A DNA stretch of 56,857 nt, counting the filler, from Sphacelaria rigidula (Eukaryota), in NCBI GenBank assembly GCA_964200075.2. It is 5 parts of 5 records of this genome, joined end to end, with 100 filler letters (N's around TTAATTAATTAA, not from the genome) between each part and the next. Parts side by side here need not be neighbours in the genome. Positions count along the whole stretch, not along the records: positions 11,393 to 22,684 come from CAXNAA020005106.1; positions 22,785 to 34,076 come from CAXNAA020005107.1; 3 more parts are not named here. One strand, 5' to 3'. The notes beneath the pieces were generated by a model. That model searched no databases and was not told the DNA's origin. It saw only the letters and a program-made list of their open reading frames with translations. Below, in pieces: positions 11,727 through 24,545 of this stretch. A program made the position numbers and the translations under genes. Position 1 is the stretch's first letter, and each line of letters begins with the position of its first letter.

Positions 11727-12344
11727 TTTTGGGTCATTTTCTCTGCGAACTTCCACTCTAAATCGCATCGTTGGAAGCAGCAACGAACGGTTGTTCAAAC
11801 GCGCATGTTTGTGATAAATAACTCACCTTCCCTCTTCTGCTCGCTCGACACCGTTTTTACCCGAATATAAGAGCGTGTTAAGTCGTCTGGCACGCCTGCG
11901 GGCCCCTTTTTTCTTGGAATCAGACATCCCCTACCAACCCATATCGTATGATAGCTATGTACACTCGTTATGGTTGTTGAATTTAGTGGGAATTCGGCTG
12001 TGAACAGCCCATCATCGAAATCGAGGATGGAGTTACCTAATTTCCCATGAAAAAGTGCTTTTTCATCTAGGACCCCCAAATTTCGGTGACCGGAATCCAT
12101 TTTTTTGTGGTGGCCTGTAGTAAGATCAAAAGCTACCAGTAGACTCGGGAATGGAACCATATTTCGAAGAATTGGCGTGGATGCGAAGATTTTGATTTTC
12201 CGGCTTATATCATCCTCAATGAAAAGCTTCATCCTCAATATCGATGATCGGCTGTTTGTACCCTTGAGGTAGACGGACAAATGTTGGGGTTCCACGATAA
12301 GGAATCTATTAGTGTTTGAACGGATAAAATGGTTCAAGCCTTGG

Positions 12345-12950
12345 ACCCTTTTTCATGGCAACAAATCCGTATTTGTACAGGCATGAGGATTTTAGCCGGT
12401 CGACAGCCGATTTCCTCCCGTGGATTGACTTTTCAGACGCCAGTCCGTTTGGAAATGTTTTTCGCCTAGCTCTGAGGAAATCAGATCGGGGGCCCGACTC
12501 GGGGAAGGTTTGGGAGTTCCCCGATCTGGGCAGAAAGTTGATATTAATAGAGGTATCTCAAACTCGGCTCCTGGTATCCTGGTTTGTTTCGTTTTACTTT
12601 TTCAAGTGAAAGTGATGCCGATTCATCAGATGATGAGACCGTGTGACTGCCAGGTCAGGTCCTCTCATGAAGCGCGATCACTTTCACTTAAAACATTACA
12701 CAACTCAGAGCCAACCAATAAACCAGGATACCGGGAGCTGAGTTTGAGATACCTCTAATAGACCATAAGTCAACATCCATCCAGAGAATCGGACAATAAT
12801 AATTGGTGATCTGGTTTCCTCAGAGCTAGGCGAAAACATCGCCCAACGGACTGGGGTCCGAAAAATCAATCCACGGGAAAAAATCGGCTGTTGGCGGGCT
12901 GGAATCTTCATGTTTATACAAATACGAACTGGTTACCATAAAAAAATGGT
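12345..12950. mobile_element. Foldback/MITE-like element with ~240-bp imperfect inverted arms
   Basis: 12345-12588 is the diverged reverse complement of 12717-12950, e.g. AGAGGTATCTCAAACTCGGCTCCTGGTATCCTGGTTT vs AAACCAGGATACCGGGAGCTGAGTTTGAGATACCTCT. Spacer about 130 bp. No clear TSD. Confidence 0.75.
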
Positions 12951-13323
12951 ATTAGACAGGCAGCCTCGCCTCGAACCAGTATGACAGGCTGACAATCCAG
13001 AGACATCCGGGAGTTTCCAGGGGGCGCGGGGGGGGAAAGGATTGAGGCTGGGGGTGGGGTAGGGGGTCCGCCCCCACAGCCGGAAGGCTCCCGACGCCAA
13101 TCATGTGTGGAACTTTCCCGCGGAATATTCTGAGCCAGTAGGAACGAGGCCTGAGATGCTCGGAATGACCATTCTGACCAATCACGACTGTCAAAATGGT
13201 CCCTTGTTCCCCTACAGGTTGACTACAAATAGTGTACTACTTCGCTGTCATGTCGTACTCCTCATTTTGGCCATGACATTTCAACCATGAATTATTACAT
13301 GGGCACAAATGACGTGCGTTATA

Positions 13324-13513
13324 GGCCATGTTTTATCAAATTGTTTTGGTGTTCAAAACGTGCGGTCGAATCGAATTCGCTCGTCTCTGCTTCGTCCACG
13401 CTACTATTTTTCTCAGATGGTTGAGAACATGAATGCCGTGGACGTGTCAGGTAAGAGCAAATTTGATTCCACCGTACGTTTTCGAGTCAAAAACAATTTG
13501 GTAAGACACTGCC
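13324..13513. mobile_element. Tourist/PIF-Harbinger-like MITE, more decayed copy of the 20755-20945 element in opposite orientation
   Basis: Reverse-complement homolog of 20755-20945. Ends GGCCATGTTTT...AAGACACTGCC, flanked by ATA and TTA. Confidence 0.7.
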
Positions 13514-14314
13514 TTACTCTGCTTGTTGTGGTCTATGCCGCCTGCCTGACCCCTCATGTGTTGCCAGCATCACTTCACACCGTTGTCTGAAGTGTTACTG
13601 GTGGTGCGGAACGCACTAAGCTGAGTAGGCATCAGCAACATGAAGTGGGCGACTGTACTCAGTGGAGAGTGATGACACTACTGCTTCTCGCCGTTGTATC
13701 CAGCGAAGACAAACAGCACACACTCTGACTCTGCACGCAAGAGGCTGCAGGATCAAACCTGGTCAGGGGGGGGTGTTATACGCGACAATTTTCTCTATAC
13801 GGTAGATACAAAAGATCCACATCATGAAAAATGCGTTTTTTGTACAGAAAAGAGCTGTTCTGAACCCCAAATGTGGCATGGGGGTTCGCTGTCTAACGGT
13901 GAATGATTGTTTTGTCTTTTTGTTTGCATGGACGTAAACTGGTGCCTTATTCGCAGATTGTAGTCCAAATACTGCATGCGTGCGTGTACTCTCGGTAGTT
14001 TGCTTGCAGCCACATGCAGTGGATCCGCTCCCTCATCATGGGTGGGAAAGTTGTGGTATATATTCTCTAAGGAACAACACCATCGCGCGTGTTTCCCTGC
14101 TTGCTTGTAGTTCGATCAGCTCGCCCTGTGAAGAATTTTGCAGTTGTTGCTGTTTCTGTAGAGAAATGTATGACATATCTGACTGAAAGCGTCGATCTGT
14201 AGGCACCAAAAATATCCCAGCATATTTCTTCTTCGAGGCTTTTTCACCCGTACGACTGACGATACCACCGTTGACATAATTAGCAAACACATTCACGCAA
14301 CACGTGTATGATCA

Positions 14315-14412
14315 TCCCTGGACGGCGAGGGTAGCCCATCTGGACCAGCATACTTTGTTCGAGTGAAATTGATGCCGATTCAACAGATGAGCTACTCCCG
14401 TCGTCAAAAGGG
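14315..14412. mobile_element. Second copy of the ~100-bp piggyBac-like MITE family
   Basis: CCCTGGACGGCGAGGGTAG...GAGTGAAATTGATGCCGATTCAACA...CGTCGTCAAAAGGG aligns end to end with 1123-1219. TTAA flanks are not preserved. Confidence 0.6.
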
Positions 14413-14673
14413 TCGGCCTACGGGCTCGCACACGTCTCCGTGGAATGTAGTCACATCATCAGAGTCATCTTCAGTCATGGGTCCATAAACGCACACCACT
14501 TACAGCTGGAGCACAGATCTAGAACCTTCAGACCACTCAAATGGCTGCGGCACGATTCAAGCCGCCAGTGATTCTTCTGTTCAACGATGGGGGTGCGCGC
14601 GCGAATAAGGGGAGCATTCAAATCGCAAATCTCGCTTGACAGAGCCCATGTGATCTGCTTTGGAGTTGAAATT

Positions 14674-14679
<6 letters not shown>

Positions 14680-14724
<45 letters not shown>
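14680..14724. repeat. (CA)n microsatellite
   Basis: About 22 perfect CA units. Confidence 0.98.
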
Positions 14725-14725
<1 letters not shown>

Positions 14726-16984
14726 CACAAACACACAAATACACGTTTGCTGATAAAGTACAAAATGTATGGAGGATTCGATCGAAATGTTAACCGAACA
14801 ATCGACCGTTACAACTACACCGAGGCGACGCGAAACGCTTGGAAACTCGCCGCTTCGATACACACGTCATGCTACTTTTACTAGAAAATGGTGAGATTAT
14901 CTTGTACAGTGTATGCACAATAGAAAAAAACACACACACACACATCCACACACAACACACAACACACAGTGTATGCACAATAGCCGTGGTATTGACAGCA
15001 ACAGAAAAGGTCGAAATAATGAAATAATCGAGGGCCGAACATTCCGGCTTCTGTCCCCACCTGCACCATTTTCCAAGCGTTTTTGCAACTGGCCAAAGGG
15101 GTATTCGGTATTCCAAAATTGATACACACGACCGGACGAGTCGCAAGGGTGTCTAGGTCGCACCCTTGTACTACTTCGCACTCTGGTACGACTGTTTGCT
15201 GCGCGCTGCGCTATTGAACTGTTTTGTGGAAGGAGGGAGAGACACAAGCGGTGACCTCTTTTTCCCGAGGACATACTGTCCGTGGAGGCAACACCGCTGC
15301 ACTAGGAGCGCGACGTGGTCTCTCATTTTACTCTATCGAATTATTGTTCAGCCTTGCCGCCAGGAGGAAGTACTGTACTATTGGGGTACTGTTGTACCGC
15401 ACTTCTCCACCCCCTGTACGGGGCTGGATATAGCAGCAACCCAGCGACGAGCCCCTCAGGACCCGCAAGCAACTTGAGCTGACAAGTGTTGACGCCATCT
15501 GTTACATTGGCTCACGCGTGGCGCAATATTCCTGCCTTGACAAGAGAGCGACTTCGTGAGGTAAGTGGCGTAAACTGCGTGCCTTGTGTTAGCGTAGCTG
15601 GCGGGTCGTGTGAGTTCACCGGCATGTAGGGCAGATGGATGTTCACTACAGCGGAGGCGCTTCTTGTACTGCAGAGCTACAGTTCTATATACGGTGTATT
15701 ACACCCCCATAGTTATCATTTCAAGCTTGATGTCCTTGGAAGGGGAAGAAGACCCTGCGTTGCCCTGAATGAACCCAATCTATAGAGAGATCTCTATGAT
15801 TATTTTCAAAGATGTAAGCTTTGATATCATGAGCAATACGGCCGTCGAGAAAGTCGAGGTTTGACAACCGCAACGCCGCCAGGGGGAGATTTTTGCAGTC
15901 ACTGCGACCTTTTCCCGTCAAAATACGAAGCACAATCTGTATGGTGGTACTGCGCTGTGTTCGGAGCAACATGCAATAGCTTCCGTCTGCACTGATGGGT
16001 CGTGGTTTGTTGCAGGCATCAGTGTACGATAGCCCCGTGAGTCTCTTACACCTGGCTTCCTACTGTGTGAGAGCTATGTGTTCTCTATTTCACCTTTCAC
16101 CTTTCACCTTTCACTCCGTAATTTGGCGTACTTCTACTGAGTCCGTACATTCGACCTGACCACGCGCGAGCGTTCAGGAAACTTGGGGAGTCGGACTTTG
16201 AACCGTTTCTAAACATGATGGAGCGTGGCACTCCTTCGTGGCTAGCTACCCTTGTACTCGGTTGTAAATCACGTGCTTTGTTGCTTGGAATAAGTGGCTG
16301 CACCGTTCAAAACCGTTCTATCGTGCATAGCAGTGTGTTCATCACCGCCGTTGCTGGCGTCGATTGTTTATTTTCTTCGCAAATAAATCGATTACTGGGT
16401 TCCGTGCAGGTGGGATGCAGTTGTATGCACAACCTTCTGGTTTACATATACCGCATATTTTTCGGGCAAAGCTCAACGGAACATGCGGTGAAAAATGCCG
16501 ATGCACGTGGCCACGAACTCCTTTCCTGTTTTTCTTGTCCACGCTGTTATCACATCGCGTGATCTGGCGCGGCCCACACACTAGTTTTCGACGACGCGCT
16601 GACTGTCGCAGTTGCTGTACATCGGGATAGCAAGCGCGCGTACAGAATTCAAACTCAGGTCTTTGATGTGAGGAGCTCTCGGGGCCCCGATAATTTCGTA
16701 CAACTCACCCAAATCCGTAGATGGTCCCCATCGAAGAAAAGGCTTCATGCAGAGCACGCGCAGCATGTACGAGTACAAGATCTCCGACTGATCAAGTCAG
16801 TACACTGCATCACTGTGTGTATACAGACTATAGTGTTGGATGCTGTACCATTCGGCAGCGTGTACCGTACGGGGCGGGTCCGACGTCGATGGTACAGCAC
16901 ATGATATCGCAATGTCGCCTTTCGTGCTGCAGATGCGACTGCTTGGAAACGGGACCTCGCGCGATACGGTGGTCGATACTGCTG

Positions 16985-17510
16985 TTATGTTAAAGTCGAG
17001 ATTCCCGGTGTATTTCACCGTAAGTTATGGTGAAATATGTCGGGAACCTCGAGTTTGAGATCTCTTGGCGAGGCATCGGTTTATCCATGCATAAACGAGG
17101 TAGCTCGTCCGTCGCTGCCATCGCTTGCGCCGCGTCTACCGAGATCAAAGGTACACTCTATTCTCAGCGATGTGCACAGACAGTCTGTTGTCCTATACTG
17201 TTGTCCAACTACCGATAGTCTGTACTAGGCAGGTATCACCACCCTCGTGTCATCCTTTCGCAGGCGGTTGGCGTGCACGGTTTGCCTTTCTGATGCTAAG
17301 TAGCACGAAACAAGACGTTCACCCCACTGGCACATTCCAGCTTGGATCCATGTTCATATTGTCTGAGGCGGTCAGATTGTAGCTGCCCCGTGAGAACTAC
17401 TACACACGTAGGAACCCAGCACATTCATGGAGGTAGCTTGAACTCGAGGTTCCCGACAAGAGTGACGGTAAATAACTGTAGAATATATCGGGAATCTCCT
17501 TTTTAATATA
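16985..17510. repeat. Inverted repeat pair (~75-85 bp arms), probable decayed MITE
   Basis: Perfect 18-bp core TGTCGGGAACCTCGAGTT (17038-17055) / AACTCGAGGTTCCCGACA (17441-17458), with diverged similarity extending outwards (GAGATTCCCG / CGGGAATCTC). Confidence 0.6.
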
Positions 17511-20500
17511 CCCCCCACATGCATTGATCCGGCACCCATGCCCCGTTGATCCTGAGAGGGCACAGACATCGTGGGGAGGCGGGCATTGGCTGTGCGTGCG
17601 CAGCAATCGACTGGGTTTATTCCGGTATGACAAGATGCCCACGCCCGCAAAGGTTGTACGTCGTACAGAGTGGTGGTGGTGAACTTTCCTCCACGCTGCT
17701 GTACGACAACAGCACTGAAATATGGCACTGCACATGTTTCCGTTGGTGCAACCAGTATATTTCGTTCCGAAGCGATTGGTCCGTACTCCTACTGCTGTGT
17801 GCGATACTCGAAGCCACGTGACGTCCGGTCGTCAAACTATCCACCTCCCGATCGCACAGCGTACGGTATTATCTTCGCCCGATAAGCTCGGCTGGAAATA
17901 CACCGAACTATCCTGTCCAGTACCGTACTGACTGTACTACTGTTTTGTTCTCTACCCCTAGGAACATCGTGTTTATCGTCTAGCTTCACCCTTTGACCGT
18001 CGGGTGGGTCGTTCATCTTCCAACCGGAATATAAATCGCTCGAAAAGTCGATGAAAGTGGCCCAAGGATCAAAACCCGTTGAACACCTTCGTGGATCATC
18101 CGTTGAGTCGGCGTCATTTTCACATAAAAATATATATGAAACTCCCGGATGGACCATCCTGGCGGCGTTCGACGGCGACATTAGGTCATACGTTGAATCG
18201 GCATCAATTTCACTCGAAAAAGGGAATCAATAATTAAGGTGGATTACCTGACCAAGCCATGATTCGCACACTTGTCGTCATCTTGTGAACCGTACAGTTT
18301 CTCGAATAAATGTATCGGCGGGTACACCGCCCATCGTTTTTTCGTGTTGTGCCAATAATGTTGCCGAAGGTCGGTACGAGGGACTGAGGATATTTTCCAT
18401 TTCGCTGTCATGTTGCGTTGATCCCCCCAGAATCACTAAGTTAGACCCTTCCGAATGTATCATTTTCTCGGAGTCGAATCTTGGAGTTTGTTTATGGCGC
18501 CCCAGCGCGGGGCTTGACGGCTGTTGCCCACGGGACGTCTGCGCTTGGGATTGTCGTCGTATACGAGAAACCTGTAGTGTGGACCGCCGTGTATTCGAAG
18601 ATTCATGTAAGAGTGTACTGGTTAGGGTATATAACCAAGTATTTACTCGCCCGAAATTTGTGTTGTGTGATGGCCCGATCTCCAAACTCTCCTAAAATGT
18701 TGGATAAAATTGGGTACGATGACATTACTCTACCCTTTATCTGGGTGTTGTTGAGTACGATCCCAGTACTGTACCCAATTTTGAATTCTCAACGTGCGAT
18801 TTTTCAAAACACCCAAACGTCGGGAAGACCCTACCCAATACACACCTGGATTCATTGTCTGTACCTCGCATTTCGCTGCGATTAGAGTTTGGGTTGGGTC
18901 GGGGTAGTGTGATGATGATTTTGTGTGCGGGATAACACTTCGGGTCCCTGAAAATGGAGTACCCGCATCGAAACGATCGGTGCTTCCGTGTATTTTACAA
19001 GTCTGAAAAGTCGTCGCTCCTGGCGGTGATTACAGTCTGTATGGTACATGCAAGATAAGCACGGTTCGTGTGTGGGGTGCTGTATTAAAGCCGGTATAAT
19101 CGATGTGCTGAGTCTTGTGTTGAAGCCTTGTCCGCATCGAGCCTCAAATCGGAACAGTAGTTTCGCTGACAGTCGATGGAGTAAGGAGGAGATGAGAGCG
19201 TGGGTGTGTGGTAGGATCCCGTTTCTACCTGAAAGGATAGTCCTTTGACCGCCAGGGTATATAGGTCACCTGCTAAATCGGCATCAATTTCACTTGAAAG
19301 AAGTACAACGGTCGGACAAATTAATGATTTGTCTGGGAATTGCTCGACTTCAGTGCAATTGATTCGTACCGTACGAATCGATCCTTCGGCTTTGTGTTCA
19401 GGGTTGTAACCAAGGTACGCGCAGCGCAGGTTCCCGGAATGGCGTAAAATTTGCGTGGAGACCTTTTTGATCAGCGGTCAACTTTAACCTATTTTTCGGT
19501 TTTGCGCCAACAGAAAGAAAAGTACAATATATGTGGATTTTCGCGTGCAAGAGTCATCATACAAAATATCAGCTTAGAGCACCCCCAAAGTACATCTAAT
19601 CCACACGAGCCAGGAGCTCCTCGGGAAGGACCTACGACCCAACACGTGGCATATCTGAGAAGCTATGTTCAAGGCTGGATCGTTGGCGCATGTTGCAAGC
19701 TGAAAACATGATTATGTCCTGCGTTCGGTGGTGTGCATAATGTTGCTCGGTATGGGTGCCTCGCGGGCCGCACGGTACGCTGATAGTTGGCGGCCACGGT
19801 TCGCGTTCCTGCCCGTCACGACGCCTAGGGGTAGTATATGGAGTGTTTGATCCATCTGAAAAAGAAGCATCTCAATTGCTTTCAGCACAAGTGAGAACGG
19901 CATGATCGTTTGCATGCATGCCTGGCGGCGCAGCTGGTGGTTTTCAAATTCGAAAACCCTGTCTCGATCATTATAAAGTGCAGTATAATTGCTGATGCAA
20001 TGTACTATCTGTACTGTCTGTACTGCATTCGATAGTACCGTAATATTGCGTAACCGCATCTGATATGCGGCGTAACCAAATCTCGTGTTTATTTGGATAC
20101 TTCCCCACGGTAAACTCCTAATTTTCATAGCAAGCGTCCATTATGGATTTCTCGCCTGCGACTTCGCGTTCCGTCATGAAACTTTGCGCACGAGTCGGGC
20201 ACAACACAGGCAACATATACGCCAAGCGCCCGCACGATTGGGCCCAGCACAAATTACAACATGACCACAAGTAATTTCGAGGAATGCCGTCGATGAGCCC
20301 TCAAAGCGGCTATCCCGCAGTCCAGACTTCGTGCACTAGAGATTAATGCATATATACACGTGCACGTCCACTAACTTTGACATCTTGAGCGGCTGAGCGG
20401 CCGATATTGTAGCGAACTGACACCGGTCTGTACTGCAACCCTTTCTGGATCATGACCATCGGTAGTATACCGATCGGCATATTGTCTGCAGAGATGCGCA

Positions 20501-20754
20501 CTTCATGACGCACGGCTTTACGCGCGCTGTATACGCTCGAAATTTTCTCTAACTTCGGTTATATGTTATGAGAACCACATTCAACCGTTCCACATCACTA
20601 TCTCTGGTGCTGCCCGTTGCAGCAGTGCGCTCTAGGGGGGAAAGCGATCAAATTATGTTCCGATTTTTTTCTCGTTTGGCGCAACACTGTTTTCGAGCAA
20701 TCAGGATTGAAAAATCGTGGATTCGGTTATTCGAACCGGCGATGATACGTCTGA

Positions 20755-20945
20755 GGCCGTGTCTGATCAAATTGGTCTTCGACTCGAAAACGTACGGTGG
20801 AATCGATTTTGCTCTTACCTGATACGTCCACAGCATCCATGTTCTCAACCATCTAAGACAATAAAGAGCGTGAGCGAATCAGAAACGAGCGAATTTGATT
20901 CGACCGCACGTTTTCGACACGAAAACGATTCGATAAGACACGGCC
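20755..20945. mobile_element. 191-bp Tourist/PIF-Harbinger-like MITE with 3-bp TGA target-site duplication
   Basis: Termini GGCCGTGTCT...AGACACGGCC, with imperfect inverted repeats extending about 55 bp. TGA on both flanks (20752-20754, 20946-20948). Second copy at 13324-13513. Confidence 0.82.
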
Positions 20946-22344
20946 TGAACCGTGGAAAAGTATGGGTGATCCAGATGGACTACTCGAATCGGGGTCCGAG
21001 GATTTAAAGACCTCGCTCGGACGAACGACCGACAACGTCAACTTTTGTGTCGGTATTATTCATTGGTTTTTGCAATTAAGAGCCGAAACTCGTGTCCGCT
21101 GAGAGAAGCGGTGAGGTGACGGGAGTGATGAGGTGGTGCTCACAACGATCATGTTCCTGTACGAAATGAGAAGTATTAATTTTGACCTATACCACACCCG
21201 AAGTCGGTCGGATGCTGAAGTTCCCCCAGCCACTGGTATACTAATCGCTCAAGCACACAAATGAGGAAGTGCTGCAGAGCAGTCATCACCACCTGTCCCT
21301 TGTCGGTGCCAAATATGGCTGCATTAAGCAGAAACCATGGGCACGAAGCACAATCCACCGCACTCTACCCTGCTGAAGAATCGTGATGGAGGGAAATGAG
21401 TAACGAGGACCAGAGAAACAAACAGACGGGACCTGGCGGCTAATTAGCTGCTTTTTCAAGACGAGACTCGCAGACAGCTCAAATGCGCGTTCCGAATAAA
21501 TAATGACTCGGACTTGATCTAAAACCATAGAAGTACAAAAGTCATTCTCCAGTTGCCGTACGACATACTGCAGGAGCAGAATGGCCCCCGTCAGTGATCT
21601 GCCCTGCTCCCCTGACTTTTGTTCCCTGGATCATAGATTACACTGTCAGGGAGTGTGCTGCATACAGTATGAAATCTACTGTGTATTACAGTAGCTAAAA
21701 AAGTCGATGCTGTACTCAGTACATCTTTTGTTACAAATAAATCAATTGTACACGGTGGTGTCTGCCTGGGTTTTTACCGTACAAATGATGGATTAAGTTC
21801 CGTTTGGAAAGTGTTCCCTCAAATACTGTCTTGGGTGCCACCACGTCCATGTTGTGATCACGATGGAAATACAGAAGTAGCGGGTGCACGTTATGTGCGA
21901 TAGCCAACCAACCCATCAAATCATAACCCAGTCGAACCTTATACCCATGGTGTATATCGACTGATGCCTTATATCGAAGCGCACACGGTCTGTTGAGGAA
22001 AAATGCCGCCGCCTGTCCTGTCCCCCCCACCCCCCACCCCCATACTCCGTCTCGGAGGGGATGCGTGGTCAAGGGTCAAACGGCCAAGGCAAGCAACAGA
22101 TGAGTATGCCCCTTTCCCCTCCCCCTCTCCTTGTCCGTCTCTCGTTGTGCACTTTTTATTCTCTTGATTTTTTGTGTTGCCTGTTCGGATAGTAAGCACG
22201 GGTGCTGCCAGGAACATCGCGAGCGGGCGAAGGGAAGAGGTGTTTGAAACCGCCGGAAGCCACGTCTTGATTTTGCCCTCACAGTCAGTCAACAGGACAT
22301 CCGTGGTGACGTGTTTTTGTGTTCTCTGACTATCAGTCTTCATC

Positions 22345-22512
22345 ATGGGGAATTCATCTTCTGCGAGCAGAATCCGAGGAGAAGACCTGCTGCGCGAGTC
22401 GGTGCAGAGGCTGCTGGAAGCTCCCGTGTGGGCGGTCGGAGGCAAGGAAGAGCAAGATGAGATATGGGACGACCTGTTTTCATGCGGCCTTGACGAAGAG
22501 GCGTTTTACGAG
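22345..22512 (+). CDS. First coding exon of an N-myristoylated protein, probably HID1/Ecm30/dymeclin family
   Basis: MGNSSS myristoylation motif, then LRESVQRLL...DEIWDDLFS...EEAFYE, resembling the HID1 N-terminus (FRKAVIQL...DAFWDQFW...VQDVFAL). Phase-0 donor GAG|GTGTGT at 22512/22513. An acceptor TATCAG at 22331-22336 suggests a 5'UTR intron, with a possible donor GCG|GTGAGG at 21110/21111. Confidence 0.65.
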
Positions 22513-22684
22513 GTGTGTCATTCTGCATTAAGTTGTGTGTCTGTGTCTGTGTGAACTCGTTTTTCCTGTCGTGTTCTTAACCCCCTATCTCTCCCCGGGA
22601 CAAGTCCGTAGTCTCGGGGAATCAACTCATGCCTCATCACCCCGCCGCCCTCCCCCCCCCACGTCGCTCCTTCTACTTTGGCCG

Positions 22685-22784
22685 NNNNNNNNNNNNNNNN
22701 NNNNNNNNNNNNNNNNNNNNNNNNNNNNTTAATTAATTAANNNNNNNNNNNNNNNNNNNNNNNNNNNNNNNNNNNNNNNNNNNN
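22685..22784. other. Artificial contig-joining spacer
   Basis: 44 N + TTAATTAATTAA + 44 N. Confidence 0.99.

Positions 22785-22842
<58 letters not shown>
22785..22842. repeat. (TG)n microsatellite at piece start
   Basis: About 29 perfect TG units. Confidence 0.98.
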
Positions 22843-22845
<3 letters not shown>

Positions 22846-24073
22846 GATGAACAGATCGCAGGAATTATTGAAAATATGGCTTGTGTACGCGCAGATGGCG
22901 GATGCGATCAATGGAATATGGGGTGGTTTTGATTTTGCACGGAACTCAAGGTTTTAGCCCATGGTTGTGCTAGCAGCCTCTTCCCATGGTTGAGGCGCGC
23001 GCGCGGGGGGGGAGGGGGGAGGATACGTTTTTTCTCCATTCGCGTATCATGTCTGTTGGGTGTGCTGGAGTTTCGGTGTATGCATGATGACCAACAAGTG
23101 TTGCTGGCGAAAGCACCGCTTCTACCTTTTGCTGTACTGATTGCGGCGGTCCATGTGCTGTTGCTGGTCGTGTTCTTTTGTGCACGAAGATTCATGACAC
23201 GCGGCATATGCGTGGCAATGGCCCGTTGTACGGAGGCGTTCTCTCTGCCAAGAACTACCATTACACCCCCCTGCCCCTCCCCCCCTTGTGGCTGACGTCG
23301 GTTGGCAACGACACTGTAAAACACGCCACTCACTGCGTAAGCTAGGCAACCAGGTAAGCGTTTTTTTTTGCGCTTGATTTTTTTTGCGGTAACCATGATG
23401 ATGGTCGAGGTAGATCATGTTGCGCGGGGTGGGAGAACCAACTCCGCGCGATGGGGATGATCGTACTACCTAGTGTTTAAACGGCGAGATGCCCGTGAGG
23501 CTGTGTGGACCCCGTCGCTGTCTCTAGAACTAGCGGTACTAGAAAATGAACCAACTCATTCGGGGCTGTCATCCATATTGAAGATAATTAGTACACTTCG
23601 GGTTGAACAATCGTAGCAGGATGCAGATCATCCCTCATGCGACTCGCCGAACACCTAACGGCGCTTTGCGCTTGGTGATTAACAGTGAGCCTGGTCCGGC
23701 GGCAACCCGGCGTGGTCCGTCCCGGCTTTGCAGGGATTCAAGGTCAATGGTCAAGTGACTATGGCATGCAACATCAAGAGCACACCCTCTCTCTGACTCA
23801 GGAAGCCCCTTCATCTGGTGTCGAAATAGGGGTCCGGGCGGACAATAGTTCACGTATCGATGTTTTTTCGAACGAGTCAGATCGACACCCCGACCCGCAT
23901 AAACAAAAAGCGGGTTCGCGGTGGGACGGAATACATGAGACTTCAACTCGGTCCATTCGTCGCAAGAGAGACATCAGGATTATCATCATTTTTTTCTTTC
24001 TTTACAAGACTCGATTTTTTATGTCCCGCAAATATCCATTCGATAAAGTGGCCTCAAGTGGAGATATCTGTTC

Positions 24074-24545
24074 CATGTTTTCATCAATACCATGCTACTC
24101 TGCCAAAGTAGCCCATATCCTCACGACAAACGATTCACCCTGAACACCCAAGTGGAGTTAACCCGTCCTTCCATATCGTACCGAAACGCTCACTGGACTA
24201 GCCTTTTTGAAGTATCATGGAATGGCGAGGACCGATGCATTACTACCGTGCTGACGGTGGTCACGCCTTCTCAGCGCTCGCGGCGGAATGGGACATTTCA
24301 AAACAAAATAATCACGCCGCCAACGTAAGATCCGATTTCGCCACGAAGAGCGACGTGAAAACGTGACACGTGCCACCGCGAGTAGTAGAAGTATGGTTCC
24401 GGTCACTCTCGTGTCCGGACATTGCAACAAGCTGCTCCGGTGAGCCCGTTCGTACGTGCTTCAAGAGAGCAAACAACTCCAATCGCCGGCGTGTCGTGAG
24501 GATATGAGCTATGCATGGCACAAAGAAGCACTGGTAAAACACGAA
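24074..24545. repeat. Inverted repeat pair, possible decayed non-autonomous DNA transposon
   Basis: TAGCCCATATCCTCACGACA (24109-24128) vs TGTCGTGAGGATATGAGCTA (24492-24511) match at 19/20, with weaker outward similarity. Confidence 0.5.

Noticed and set aside
19560..20340. Protein-like minus-strand stretches including ORF 19712-20128
   Set aside because: No recognisable family, stops in neighbouring segments and no phase-consistent exon chain.
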